DNA from: Paraphysomonas bandaiensis
Taxonomy: Eukaryota > Protista > Chrysophyceae
NCBI GenBank assembly: GCA_965644295.1
Contig: CBFFRP010000147.1
Span: 82,631 to 146,630, forward strand
Length of the DNA: 64,000 nucleotides
Reading direction: 5' to 3'
Shown: positions 29,894 to 42,622 of the stretch, piece after piece
Layout of the letters: each line of letters begins with the position of its first letter
Position numbering within the stretch: position 1 is the stretch's first letter
Made by a program: the position numbers and the translations under genes
The notes under the pieces: model-generated
The model's database searches: none
Told to the model about the DNA's origin: nothing
The model's input: only the letters and a program-made list of their open reading frames with translations

Positions 29894-31506
29894 ATGAAGC
29901 TCGATTTCTCTCTGGATGTGGTTATTCAGGAGGAGAGGCATAAGCCTGTGTACTGTATTAAATTCTGCTCCATATTACATGAATTTAGCCATTTTTTTGC
30001 AACTGTGTGTCAAAATAGAGCTTCTGTATATCGAATTGATGATACTGTACATGCTGTTCAGCATTACGAGGATGGTGACTATAGTGAAAGCCTGTACACG
30101 TGTACTTGGGCTGACTGTGGTGATGGAGCTCCACTCCTGGTCGTAGCTGGACTAAAGGGAGTGTTGAAGGTCATAAATACAGTTACTTTTGAGATGCAAG
30201 CAATATTACGAGGACACGGTAGTGATATTGATGATGTTACTGTTCACCCTGTGGATACCAACTTGATTTTATCTGCATCCAAGGACGAGAGCATTCGACT
30301 GTGGAATATTAAGACATCTGTCTGCATTGCAATATTTGCTGGTGAGAAAGGGCACCGAGATGATGTGTTGAGTATAGATATTCACCCACTGGGCAACTGC
30401 TTTGTGTCAGCCGGAATGGACACTACTGTGAAGGTGTGGAACCTCGTTTCGCCTTCAGTGCGAGAGGCGGTGGGCAAGTCATATTCAGACCCCAATAGAG
30501 GTGGTATTGCCCCCTTCAGTTCAGTGTATGAGCAGTTTCCTTTATTTACATCATCTCAGCTACACAAGGACTACGTGGACTCTGTAAGTTGGATTGGAAA
30601 TCTCATTCTCTCTAAGAGCACCAGTAACAGGGCGGCCCTGTGGTGCCCTGACCCAGACAGATATGAAGTACGTTGAGTTGCATATTCTCTAACCAATTAT
30701 TGTAAATTATCTCTGAGTTGTGTATCTAGTTCATAACCTAGTAATGGTACACAATAATTTTATCTGGCAGGGTGCTCCTTGCGTGCTGAGGGAGTTCCAG
30801 CTTGTCGACAGCGAGATATGGTACATGCGCTTCGGGGTGTCAGTACCGCTGGATCTATTTGCGTCCGGCACTACTAAGGGAAAAGTAAGATATGGTGCAA
30901 TTCTATAACTCCCAGTAAGTGAGATCTCTTGCGTTGGACAGGTATGTGTATACCACCTATCCCCAGAAGAAGATGACGATGACGAATCTCCACCCCCCAG
31001 TGACAGTGTTACTGCTGACACTGAGTCCATAGACACGCAGGTAATCCTATATGCTCTTACATGGGCTCGTTGTTACGGTCCCTTCGATACCTAGGTATTG
31101 TCGGATGTGCCCCCAGAAGATGCAAACCGCATTCCTACTCCCAGGGTCCCGAACTTCAAAGAGGAGAAGTACGAATGCGGAGAGGGAGCTCGGCCTGTAA
31201 TAACGCTATACTCTGATGATCCTAAGTACGTCTCTATTAGCGCTTTCAATGATGTTACTAACAGGCCATCGGGAATATTTTTGTTATAGGGACAGAAGTG
31301 AGGTCCGACATGTTACTTTTAGCCCTGATGGAGCTTACTTGGTTTACTCCTGCGGTGACGGGAAGTTATTCGTGTGGAGCATTAAGCGGAGTGTCGCACA
31401 TAGCACTGATGTCAACAGTAGCACATTCTCCAAATTACCAGCAGTAGTTGGTACAATAGCAGAGTCGTCGGATATATCTGATTCGTCGTCGTTAGAAATT
31501 ATCTAG
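29894..31506 (+). CDS. EED: Polycomb PRC2 WD40 subunit EED/ESC/FIE
   Basis: ESLYTCTW, GHGSDIDD, LILSASKDESIRLWN, CIAIFAGEKGHRDDVLS, HKDYVDSV.WIGNLILSKS, EIWYMRF. Confidence 0.92.
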
Positions 31507-31616
31507 TTTGGGATCCTCTTCCCTTTTTATGTGAACTGAATTTTAATTTTTAATTTATACTAATTTCTAATTTAGTCATTGCTTTCATCAATCCTTATAG
31601 ACAGTTATTTTTGTTA

Positions 31617-33590
31617 GTAGTGAACGTCTGATTATTTAGCAATAGGCGTTGAGACCTTGCAGCAATTAGTGGCTAGAAGAATGCTAGTCATACTAGTTAG
31701 ACCACTACCCGTAACTAATCAATACAAACTCTTTTATCCTACTATTTAACGCTACGAAAGCTGCTTGTGCGTCGCCGCAAGCACCAAGGTGCAACCACTT
31801 CCGTTCTTTTTGTGTGATGTGAAATTCGCCTTTTTCGTGTGTCCGTGGACTCACCGGCGCTATTGATCTGGGGGTCTCCCTTTGGGATGGGTCTCCATTG
31901 GTGTTGGAGGGGGCTCAGCGTTCTGGATTAGGGTCCTGAGTGCACCTAGTTCCAGATGTGTGGGTTGAGAGTGGTGGGGATTGTTGGGAGGAGGAGTTGG
32001 GTTTGTAGTCTGTGTTACTGTGCTCCTGTGGGGCCGCGGGTGTAGATAGAGTTGTCGAAGCCGTCGGCGTTGTGGAGGTCTGGGCAGTCCAGTGCTCTGT
32101 CGGGTAGGACCTGTGAGGTGTGCACGTGTGTCTGGAGTCGGGGACGCGGGGGGTCTTCGTTGGACCCCTAGTAGTCGAAGGACTCTCGGACGTTGTCTTG
32201 ACTGACTGCGTTTCGGACGGGGTCTCGGGAGTAGCCTGGGCGGCCTTTTGGACATGGTGATATAGCGACAACCGCGATCCTGTAGCATAAGCTTCGCTGC
32301 AGTGTAAAGCGGTTGCAGGAGATTAATAACCGCTGTTTCTAGGTTCCGTAGACTGTGTGCCGTCAGGTGGTTGTGTATGGCATCTTCGAAGACCGTTTCC
32401 AGTTGGGCTGCTGTGATGGTTCCAGTCCAGTATCTCTCGACCTGTGGGATGGAGGGATTCCAGGCTCTGCTGGAGAGTCTCCGTAGTGCAGATGTGATCC
32501 AGTTGGGTAAGGTCTGAGTTCTCTGTATTTCGTGGAGCACATTTTTATGCGATTGAAATGCAGTTTCCCTTATTTGGGTGATGGATTCATGTGTGCAGTC
32601 GAGGCACATATGTTTTAGGGAATCTAGTCGAAACCCGCAGTCAGAGCATGCGGCTTTGGTCAGGTCAAGCCCCTGTTTGGTTTTGGCCCGGTTCCTCCCT
32701 ATGCAGAAAGATTTGTCCCATGTCAGTGCCGTGTTGAGTATTCTTTGGCGTAGATTTGAGCTGAGTTTGTCTTTGGATGCACTGCCATCCGCTTGAGCTA
32801 GTTTGCGCGGGAGGTGTACTCCGCTATTGGTCCAGTAGCCAGGCGCTCGATCAGGATTGTGTCCGTAGCGTTGATCTCTGGTTGAAGTGTAGTTCTCAAG
32901 TGTCCTTAGGTCGCAGAGATCCTGGAAATTAGTAAGGAGTGGGCTAGAGTAGTATGGCCGTCTTGTACTGTGCATACGCCAGTGCCATAATCCAGCAGTT
33001 AGTAAGCGTTCGATGGCACTGTCAATCGCAATTGTGCAGACAGTGTAGTTATTTTTTCCAAGGATGCGATCGACTTCATGCCAGTCTTCACCCGCAACTG
33101 CGTCCGCAATATAGATGCCCTTGTCCTCAAACGTCCACTCCGTTTCATCTGTGGTACGTCGTTCGGGATGAGACCTCACCCAGGTCACCTGTCGTTTGCA
33201 ATCTCTGCTGGCTGCGATGCTTTCGAGTAGTACCCCTTTTGCACGGTGACCGAGAGCTCTGCGTCTTGTGGAGAGTGCTTCCTCAGTGCGGGTGCACACT
33301 GCCTGACAGTCTGTGTGGCTTCGTATGTGTTCGGGAATACGTGTTGAGAGTATAAGCCCCATGGCTGTGCCTATGAGTTCATATGCGTATGAGTCCAAAC
33401 CGGGCACGTCACGAAAGGGTGTATCTAGTCGTAGTATTGTGGTTGTACCATCTTCCCAGGCATTTTCTGGGGGTAAGTAGACGACCGCTGCACCTCCTCG
33501 GTGTGTCCATCGGGTTCGCGGATTGACATGAGTGAGGCGACGAGTGGAGAGCGCACTGGCTGTGTATGATCCATCTGTGAAGATAGCCTT
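31617..33590 (-). mobile_element. 5'-truncated non-LTR retrotransposon (LINE) with RNase H and C-terminal zinc knuckle
   Basis: 14-bp TSD AGTTATTTTTGTTA at 31603-31616 and 33591-33604. Open frame 33590-31860 with IFTDGS, AYEL, HTDCQ, WVRSHP, IADAVA (RNase H) and CSDC..KHMCLDC. The 3' UTR is shared with other copies in the window. Confidence 0.9.
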
Positions 33591-34272
33591 AGTTATTTTT
33601 GTTATTTTATATGTAAAATGAGATGCGCTTGAATGCCGTCATTGTAAAGTATTGATAGATTGATAGTCTTCATTCCGCGGACGTGGCATTGTGCTGATGG
33701 GGATTATGCAATTAAACTAAGCATTGCATCAGTGTTACGACTTACGACATACGAGAACACTCGCGTATTCCTTGCGCAATGCAAAACGTATAGCAGTAGC
33801 GTCTAACGGTATAGCCCCTCTGGGGTAGAAACCAAAAATTATATATCTACGGAAGGATAACAACCCACTTAATATTAAGAATTGCATGTATGAATGCATA
33901 TATATTATATATATTATTGATGTATTTTCGTTGAGGTCTATATTAGTATTACAAAGTACAAACACTTTGGTAATTAAAAATTAATGTAATACGGCTATAT
34001 ATTGACCAGTACTTCTCTTTGCTTTGAACCGCTCTTTCAGAGTTGAATCATTCGCAATTCACAGTACTATTGCGACACGTACATTGTATGAAATGTGCTG
34101 TAGAAGGATAAAGTGATAACAAGAGAAACGAAAAACTGTCATCATAAAAAATTAATAATATAGATCACGGGAAGCCTGCAATAGTTAGCAAGTAAAAGAC
34201 GATGAATGCATAGTCCTACTTCTCTACTATAATAGATACTCTACGCGACGAAATCATTGAACGTCTTGCTGT

Positions 34273-35422
34273 CTACCACCCCGGACATGCAACCGCAGTG
34301 CTGCATGATGATGGAACGCCCCACGTATCATCGGCTGGCATCTCCTCGTTAAAGTCATGAAATCGTTGCCACATCCAGTTGGCAACCCATGGGACACCCT
34401 TGTAAATATACAGTTACGCACGAGGCAAATTATACATTGATATTGTTTTCCATCTTACAAAGTATATACTAGAAGCACCACATGTATACCCACGCATACA
34501 GCATACACACATTGTAGTCCTAGTGGTACTATGTGTAAGTAACTGACCTTCATATAAAAGGCGTACGGCGTACTCAGCGAATTAGTCTCAAACCCATAAC
34601 TAAAAATTCCAGCATCTCTGACAGCAGTACATAAATAAGACATGTCATAAGGGCTACTTGGCCTCGGCCAGACATTCCTTACTTGTCATATACTGAATAC
34701 CAATCCACAAGTGTGTCTCCTACGGGAGAAGTGGAAGCGACAGGCATCAGCTTTGGGAAGTCAGGTGGTGGGGCATGAAAGGGTCGGCCGATGATACAGC
34801 ACTCAGGAGCTCCTGGGGGGCGATCGTCATGGAGAACCACATATGATGTATTCGTGCTCCCTACCTGCCATATATCACATTTTAATCACTTATGGTAATG
34901 CAAAACAACTTACGTTAACAAAGTCGCACGAATAATGGTTACCATGTCCCATGGAAGATAATGGATTTCCGAATACAGGAATACAGTACTCATCGTACTG
35001 CTCTTTCATGTTTCGTTCACCTGTATCTGAAGAAAAGATATCACGAGCAGACGACAATGCGGATAAGTACTTCATCGCTTACCAGGATTGTTATAGTAGA
35101 AGGTCTTCCCTGTAGTTACATTGTAAGGAGTGAGAGGCAGAGGGTCATATGGGGGTTCATCTGAATCATCAGGTACAAAATAGAACTCCCAGTTAACGAT
35201 GAACATATCAGGCCATCTGTGAGTGTTGTTGGATGAAGGGGAGGGAGGGGGAGGCTGAGGCATGTTAGGACAAGGGCCTGATTCAGGATGCCAGTTATGA
35301 GCCCCCACTGTACAGGCGGGGCCTATATAGTCCTCCTCTGTGTGTCTATCAGATGAGGAGCGCATGCCGGGCCATCCCATACATGATGAGAAGAGAGTAT
35401 AGAGTATAGCTATACGGAACAT
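34273..35422 (-). CDS. Secreted Cys-containing protein of unknown function (about 5 exons; weak ependymin/LolA-like pattern)
   Basis: Signal peptide MFRIAILYTLFSSCMG, then WPDMF, YCIPVF, ECCIIGRPFHAPPPDF, ending WGVPSSCSTAVACPGW*. Short GT-AG introns. Confidence 0.7.
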
Positions 35423-35489
35423 TGAGGTGTGTTGGTGACTGGGATGAGTGAGAGATTACGACAGCAGTGCACTGGGCGACTGCGGCTCG

Positions 35490-35568
35490 ACATACATACA
35501 TACATACATACATACATACATACATACATACATACATACATACATACATACATACATACATACATACA
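35490..35568. repeat. (CATA)n microsatellite, about 19 units
   Basis: Perfect tetranucleotide run about 70 bp upstream of the ATG at 35422. Confidence 0.97.
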
Positions 35569-36979
35569 CATATATGTATATGACACGCAATCTCCACTTA
35601 GCTCCACCTCCTACACACACTCCCATACAAAAAAAACAGACCCCGTTTTTCTCGACTTGTTATATATGCCTATTTTTATAATTAACCTGAAAAAATAGTT
35701 TGATTTTTAGGTCTCAAATTCGACAAATCATTAAATTCTATGACTTTTTATACAGGGATAAATCAACATGCATATTGTGCGTATGCATGGTATGGTTGAT
35801 ATCAACTCACAGTGTACTGCAGGAAGAGGCAGTGTATCAGTGACTCTCAGAGCGATTGCGTACCATGAGGTGGTAGAGAACTCAATACACAGAGCTCATG
35901 CTCATTCAAATCACCCGATAAAGTGAAGGAAGGTTCATTAAAGGAGATCAAGCTGTCTTCCAACGGTTTCAATGCCAACACGTCACACAACAAACACACT
36001 AATTCGAGAAGATTCATGTTGAAACAACAGATTCATTGTACAGGCTTGAATGAAGAGGGTCAATGAAGAGGGTCAATGAAGAGGTGAATCGATTCTGTTA
36101 TAAGCATGTTGAGTTTCTTAGAAGATGAGCATAATGGATTCAGTCGTTTCAATGATAAATCATTATGTAAAGATGAAAGGGAAGCTGATGTTACAAAACA
36201 ATTGTATCAAGAAGCTTGTCGCGGGTTTATAATTTCGAAAAGAAATATCGATTTGCAAAATGAAATTAATCACAAAAAGATATTGTTTACTTTGAAAGAG
36301 TGTGCTTAATATTTGCTTATTGGTTGTTGTTCTTTTTCGCTGTTGTTTGCATCAAATCTAAGAGAGATAGATTGGAAAAATATTAGTCTTAATGACTATT
36401 GTGCGATATGCGTCATACCTGATTTTCAAGTATAAAAAGAGAGATTGCGAATAGAATCATGAAATGATGTAAACATGAAACTCTTGATTGTGGAGTGAAA
36501 CCTGTTACATTTCTATTGAAACAGTCTTATTTGTGATGGACAACATCCATCAAACTAACTAACTGCTGTTGTTGGGTCACTTTCACATAATTATTACTCT
36601 TTGAAGAAAATAAAACCAAATCACCTTGTGGTATCTGATATGACAGAAATTATTCCTGTGTTAGATACACAAGATTCAAAAGAAAGTTCCTATCAAGCCT
36701 TAAACGGTCCAGGCAATTTAGAGTAATTACATTTGTGATTGAAATTTTTTCACTTGCAGCAATAGATTTTTGTGTCCTGAGCACTTTAGTTTTGTTGTCA
36801 CTTTTTTAATTTTCATATTAGTATTTTCTGTGTTTTGGTATATTTTACACAAGATTTCTATGAGATTGGTCATTGAGATACAGGAGTACCGAAGTGAACA
36901 CTCTAAAAATTTTGTTGATAGCACCTTGTTTGTGTTTTCGTAATCTGGTTTGATTGAAATATATTTTATCGTGGCAGTA

Positions 36980-37383
36980 ATGAAGAAGATGATGACAGTG
37001 AGAGTCTAGTTCAGAATGACGACGCAGCGCAACGTTTGATTGATGATAGCAGACAGCGGAAGCGAGCACGTCTTAACCAGCAAACTCGTTACCGCAGCAT
37101 GAAGCACTTGCATGCCACAACAAATAAGGTTGAAAGCAAGGTTGTTCAGTAGAGCTAAGATTGTTATGACGGATTTGCGCAAGAGTATGACTCCTCGGCA
37201 TTTGGAATTAGTGATTTTTTTACGCACGAACCGTCGCCTCTGGAATAAAACGGCAGTTGGGGTAGCTGTATTGGCAGCTAATGTAGTTTAGTATTAATTA
37301 ATAGCAATAATTGAAATTGAAACAGCAAGTAATAATTGCCATTATGATTGACTATTAATTCAATTAATTGATACGCAGCCCTG
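36980..37383 (+). pseudogene. 3' end of a decayed hAT transposon (dimerisation domain + TIR)
   Basis: Translates RKRARL..YRSMKHLHATTNKVE/(frameshift)/LFSRAKIVMTDLRKSMTPRHLELVIFLRTNRRLW. Ends in GATACGCAGCCCTG, the TIR of the 1624-2413 family. Confidence 0.82.
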
Positions 37384-38104
37384 ATAATGATATCTGAGTA
37401 CCAATCGATGGAGTGTGTGTATTTGCCTCTTCCAGAAACATGGAGTGCTGGGTATGCAACTCTAGGAGGTACTTTTAATATATTAGGGTCATGTATTTTA
37501 TGGCCCCTTATTTTTTCTTATATTACTCGTAGCTCTATTGAAGCCTTCTGTCGCTTCTCTACTTCTACTCCCTGCTATTTTAAGGGAAGACGGAATAGTT
37601 TACGTTAAGTCAATATATCTTGATCGCAAAGTAAATGTATGTGATAGGAGCTAAGATACTTCTAATTTTAATGGGCATAGAAAAGTTTTGTAGCTTGTTT
37701 AACTATTGTGTAGACACCTTTGATTATTCTTAAGTGAACTATGTAGTGGGTACTACAACAATACTATTGTACGATATGTTGAGTTCTGCAATATGATGTG
37801 ATATATATTGTGCAATTGAAGTGAGTTAACAGTGTGCAATAGGTAAAGTCAACTCATAGGTGTAACGGGTGATTATAGTTACAAAGGAATTAAATTCAGT
37901 TACTGATGTGTGACTATACAAGATATAGAACTGACTGATGAACATATGATAAACAGGTGTTGCTGGGAACAGATGTTTCAACATATGTTACACGAATATG
38001 TAGTGAAGTGTTCAGAATAATAATTATAATTTCTTACTTGAAAGTGCATTGTGTTCAACAGCAAGGTTACGGTTTACGCGTAGAGCAAAGTTAACTTCAG
38101 TGAA

Positions 38105-41100
38105 ATGTCCAAAGCTAACATGGTAGCGAGTGGTAGCACTGAAGAGACGAAGGAGGACAACAAGGTGCTGAAGTTCGACAAGTATCAGGCGGAGGCGTCT
38201 GCTCAAAAAATAAGGATTCATCTGATGAAGAAAAATCGGAACCATCTGGGGTTAGAGCCGAAACCTGCTGGAGGAGGCAGAGCACGAGAATTATGGCATG
38301 AGCGAAATGACACGTGTGTTGCAACGATTTGGGAGGCTTGTGAACATGACGCTGATGTATTGGAGGTTGCCAATCAATACATGGAGGCGAAGGCGTTACT
38401 TCCAGATGATGATCCCAATAAGGAAGTTTTGTCCAATGAAATGCTTCAGACGCTGGTGGATAGGTTTAGAGGGGAGTTGGGAAATGTACTCGAGAAGACT
38501 ACAGCGGAATACCATAGCTTTAAAATTAGAGCCAATGAAAAGGTCGCTATTGGTATTGATAGGTTGAATGGGATAATACAGAAATTAACAAAGTTGGGAC
38601 AGCCGCCAACCGAGGAGAGCAAGCTCGCCAAGATCAAAAAGTCCATACATACTCCAGAGCTGAAGGAGTTGTGGTTAGCTATTGCAATGCTGCCTAAAGC
38701 AACGACCACGTATCAGATAGTTAAAGACGCGTGCGAAGAATTTGATGAGGCTAAACGACAACTGGAGGAGTTCGAAATTGACAAACAAGGAGAACAGGTC
38801 AATATGCTCGGACCACAAGGAGGTGTGGAGAATGTCAAATGCTCATTCTGTATGAAAAAAGGGCATACTGCAAGTGTGTGTCGTGTCAAACACAAAATTA
38901 AAATTTTCCAGAAGTTCAAGCGAAATGGGAAGGCTAAAGCAAAGAATATGAGGAAAGGAGCGCAACAAGTGGGTTCAGAAGCATATACAGGGTGTTTTCA
39001 TTGTGGTAGCAAAGAACACAAGGCTGCTGAGTGCAAAAGAGGGAACAAGAGGAAGATCGATAGAAAATATGAGAAAAAAGGCTCCAAGAAGGTTAAGAAG
39101 AGTTCATCAGTGGGGTGGTCCAAATATGTAGATGATGACGTTTCATCTGGAGAGGAGACCAACATGATAGATGGTGAAGTACTTCTGACTGAAACTGGAG
39201 ATGAACGAGTGTACCTGGATAGTTGTGCTGGAAAGCAGTTGTTTATCGTCAAGGATGATAGAGTGCTGGAGAAGTATGTAGAAGAGCCGGGAGTAATATC
39301 ACTGACCAAAAAGGGATCGGCGATGGAGACCCAAGGAGTGGGAAGTTTTCAGCAGTGGCACGGCATCAAAGTATGTAACGATGCAGTGAAGAATATTGTC
39401 TCTGGAGGTATGCTGCGGGCTATGGGGTATGGACTCGAATTACTGAGAGTACCAAAAATCGTAGAATTGAACACTGGCAGAGAGGTGTTGGTTGGAAATT
39501 ACGATGAGCATGGAGGAATGCCATGGGTGGCATTGCATGATGTGTTAAATTTACCTTGCATATCGTCCTGCCATTATGTAATGGGGGGGGGAAGCAGTGA
39601 AGTGATGCTGTCCGATACAGTTCAGCAGGACCCCCTCGATTTACTGCACGAAAGGGCCGGTCATGTTGCTAAGGGAAAACTACTGGAGGCTCATAGACAT
39701 ATGCTGATCAAGGGAACAGGGCTACAGCGACATCATTTATCTAAGACTACCAAAAAGAAGTGTGAGACCAGTTTGTGCAAGTGGTGTGCTAAGGCGAAGA
39801 TCACTAGACATGCATTTCGAGGACAAAGTGACCAGAATGTAGAGATGAAGGCGACAGCATTTCTGGAGCGTATTACAGTGGATATTTCGGTTTATATGAA
39901 TTGTCCATCTGTGGAGGGGTATAAGTACGCACTTGTATTTGTAGATACGGCTACGAAAGAATTCTGGGAATACGGTCTACGAACGAGAACTGGGGATGAA
40001 GTGTTAAAATGCGTGAAGCATCTCTGTGAAGTCAGGCTACCAAAATACCCAGGGTGGAACAGGATACAGCAGTACCATGCTGACGGTGGACCAGAGTTGA
40101 TGGACAGGCGAATCAAAGAATACTTGTTACAAAAATTTGGAACCACATTCTCCTACACTACTAGGGAGACACCAGAATTAAACGGTGTTTCAGAACGGAA
40201 ATTCAGGACACTAGGAGAAATGACATTATCGCTTTTATTGTCATCGGGTATGCCAAAAGCGGAGTGGTGGAAAGCCTTTAGACATGCATGCTGGGTTCTT
40301 AGAAGATTACCCACAAAGACCTATAGAGGGTGGATGTCACCCTACGAGTGTGTTCCTGGAGGAACGGTGCCAGATTTTTCTTGGTTACGGAAATGGGGGT
40401 GCAAGGCATACGTTCTCATCCCGAAGGCAGATCGCAGGAAAGACTGGGAAGAAAAGGCACAGACTGGATACTTTGTAGGGTTCCCAGAGGAGCAAATGGG
40501 ATACCAAGTATTGATTGGAGATACTATAGTTACGTCTGTGCATGTTTTATTCGATGAATCTGTGCCTGAGAGATCGGCGGATTATTATCGAGAAATGGAC
40601 GAGGCCATGGTTGCTGTGGATCCTCAGGAACGAAATATTAGAGACTTCGATTACTTAATCGGAAAGACCCATGAAGATGGCGGCCACCTATACAAGACCA
40701 CACGAATATTGGTTCGAAAAGGTTTGATTGTAGGGTATAGATCCCTATTGTCTGGTGGTGCGGAGCAAGTGGAAGATAAGACTCCTATTCACATCGCCGA
40801 TATAAAGCGGATGAGTGAAGACCTTGCAACAAGAGCATCTGCAAGTTCTGGATCTCGTGACGACGGGACCAGCGGACATTTATCACAGCAGTTGACTGGG
40901 ACGGTTCCATCCCCTTCTGACTTCGTAAGTGCTCCGGGAGAGGAAGCTCCATCAGATCGCTCATCAAGGGGCAGGCGTGCAATGGCTCCAAGGGTGGTGA
41001 CGAATGTGTCAGTTTTGGGTGAGATGCATTTATTGTCGTCATGTGTCGAAGACGAGTGCAGCCTATTACAGGAGGCAGATTCCATCTGGTGCTCGTCAGC

Positions 41101-41305
41101 GGGACCTAAGGTGCCTCAGACATATTCCGAATCCTTGGAGTTGCCGGAACGGAAGCAATGGAGTTCAGCAAGACAAGCTGAACGTGACGGTTTAGAACGT
41201 AGGGGAGTCATGGAAGTTAAGCCCATCCCTACCGGAGTCACTCCATTGAAATCTAAGTATGTCTTTGCTTTGAAACGCAACAAGGAGGGTGCGATTCCAC
41301 GATAG
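38105..41305 (+). CDS. Copia gag-protease-integrase ORF (1066 aa), terminated by a premature TAG at the start of RT
   Basis: Two CCHC knuckles, YLDSCA protease, HHCC, integrase D-D-E (TVDIS, HADGG, VSERK). IPR*KARLV replaces the usual RYKARLV. Confidence 0.9.
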   Translation: MSKANMVASGSTEETKEDNKVLKFDKYQAEASAQKIRIHLMKKNRNHLGLEPKPAGGGRARELWHERNDTCVATIWEACEHDADVLEVANQYMEAKALLPDDDPNKEVLSNEMLQTLVDRFRGELGNVLEKTTAEYHSFKIRANEKVAIGIDRLNGIIQKLTKLGQPPTEESKLAKIKKSIHTPELKELWLAIAMLPKATTTYQIVKDACEEFDEAKRQLEEFEIDKQGEQVNMLGPQGGVENVKCSFCMKKGHTASVCRVKHKIKIFQKFKRNGKAKAKNMRKGAQQVGSEAYTGCFHCGSKEHKAAECKRGNKRKIDRKYEKKGSKKVKKSSSVGWSKYVDDDVSSGEETNMIDGEVLLTETGDERVYLDSCAGKQLFIVKDDRVLEKYVEEPGVISLTKKGSAMETQGVGSFQQWHGIKVCNDAVKNIVSGGMLRAMGYGLELLRVPKIVELNTGREVLVGNYDEHGGMPWVALHDVLNLPCISSCHYVMGGGSSEVMLSDTVQQDPLDLLHERAGHVAKGKLLEAHRHMLIKGTGLQRHHLSKTTKKKCETSLCKWCAKAKITRHAFRGQSDQNVEMKATAFLERITVDISVYMNCPSVEGYKYALVFVDTATKEFWEYGLRTRTGDEVLKCVKHLCEVRLPKYPGWNRIQQYHADGGPELMDRRIKEYLLQKFGTTFSYTTRETPELNGVSERKFRTLGEMTLSLLLSSGMPKAEWWKAFRHACWVLRRLPTKTYRGWMSPYECVPGGTVPDFSWLRKWGCKAYVLIPKADRRKDWEEKAQTGYFVGFPEEQMGYQVLIGDTIVTSVHVLFDESVPERSADYYREMDEAMVAVDPQERNIRDFDYLIGKTHEDGGHLYKTTRILVRKGLIVGYRSLLSGGAEQVEDKTPIHIADIKRMSEDLATRASASSGSRDDGTSGHLSQQLTGTVPSPSDFVSAPGEEAPSDRSSRGRRAMAPRVVTNVSVLGEMHLLSSCVEDECSLLQEADSIWCSSAGPKVPQTYSESLELPERKQWSSARQAERDGLERRGVMEVKPIPTGVTPLKSKYVFALKRNKEGAIPR

Positions 41306-42622
41306 AAAGCAAGACTTGTGGTACTTGGATGCGGAGGCCATGAGGTTGGTAGAGCCAACAATTATACTCCAGTGGTAAAAGCGGTAACAGTAAGATTGTT
41401 ATTAGCTATCGCGTTTGTTATGAATATGGTGGTGCATCAACTCGACGTATCTAATGCATTCTTGTATATGCAGATATAAAAGGAGATGTGTGTATAAGTA
41501 TGCAACACCAGCAGATTTCAAATTGCCACCAGGATATTGCTTTAAACTGAAGAAAAGTTTATATGGTCTTCGAAGCTCACCACAGTCATGATGATAATAT
41601 GCTGAGAGCATGTCGAGATACGAATATTATTTTGGAAATTAAGCGACGAGTATGTGAAAGGTTTGATATTACAGATATGAATGAGAGTGGCCAGTTTTTT
41701 GAACGTGAGAGTGACGAGAACTCCGAATTGTCTCAAACTTGACCAGACAGTGTTCATCAAAAAGATATTGGTGAAGTATGTGGATTTTCTGGGTGCAAGG
41801 GACAAGACGCGGCTATACCCACTACCTAGTGATGTCAAAGTGGGAGTGGAACATGTGCATTCAGCTGAGGAGCAGAAGTTAGTTGATAATTTTCCCTATC
41901 GTCCACTCCTAGGAGCGTTACTCTATTTATCTATGAATACAAGGCCGGATATCTCATATGCAGTGGGAGTATTGTCACGATTCTCAACGAAAGTTAATAT
42001 CACTGTATGTAAGCTCCTGATGTATTTAATGCAGTATGTACGAGGTACTACAGATAAAGGCATTCATTATAGAGGGAGAGATTTTGATCTTCATATGTTC
42101 ACTGATGCTGACTGGGCAGGCGATCCGTTGACGAGGAGATCAACTTCAGGTTATGTTATGTTTGGAGCTGGTGGACCACTATCGTGGGGTTCCAAACTTC
42201 AGTCTACTGTAGCTACATCGACTATGCAAGCAGAGTATCAATGCTTATATAATGGATTACAGGAAATGATATGGTCTCGGGGGGTGACTGGTGAAGTAGG
42301 ATTGAAAATTGACGAGCCCACACCATTATTCCTGGATAGTCAAAGTGCTCAGGATATATCGGAAAATCCAGTGCAACATCAACGATCGAAACATATTGAG
42401 ATTAAGTATCATATGATTAGAGAGCATGTGGATCCCGAACAGTTTAATACAGCGAAATTAATTCATGTGAGCAGTCGACAACAGATGGCTGATATATATA
42501 CCAAGGCTTTGAGAGGTCCAATATTCATTGAACAGAGGGAGCGAAATCTTGGGGGAAAATTTAAGACTACTGAACAAATTATCGCAGAGGTACCCAAGGT
42601 AAAGAGAGCTCGTCGTACCTAG
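41306..42622 (+). pseudogene. Disrupted copia reverse transcriptase followed by an intact RNase H frame
   Basis: HQLDVSNAFLY, frameshift, LKKSLYGLRSSPQS*, YVDD region missing. Then open frame 41681-42622 with TRPDISYAV, FTDADWAGD, RSKHIEIKYH, MADIYTKAL. Confidence 0.85.

Noticed and set aside
35620-36980. Possible decayed DNA transposon (short ORFs, 13-bp tandem repeat at about 36050-36083)
   Set aside because: No recognisable domain, TIR pair or TSD.
41303-41305. TAG at a conserved Tyr of copia RT as programmed readthrough or an alternative genetic code
   Set aside because: Further frameshifts, a TGA and a deletion follow, and host genes use TAG as a normal stop.
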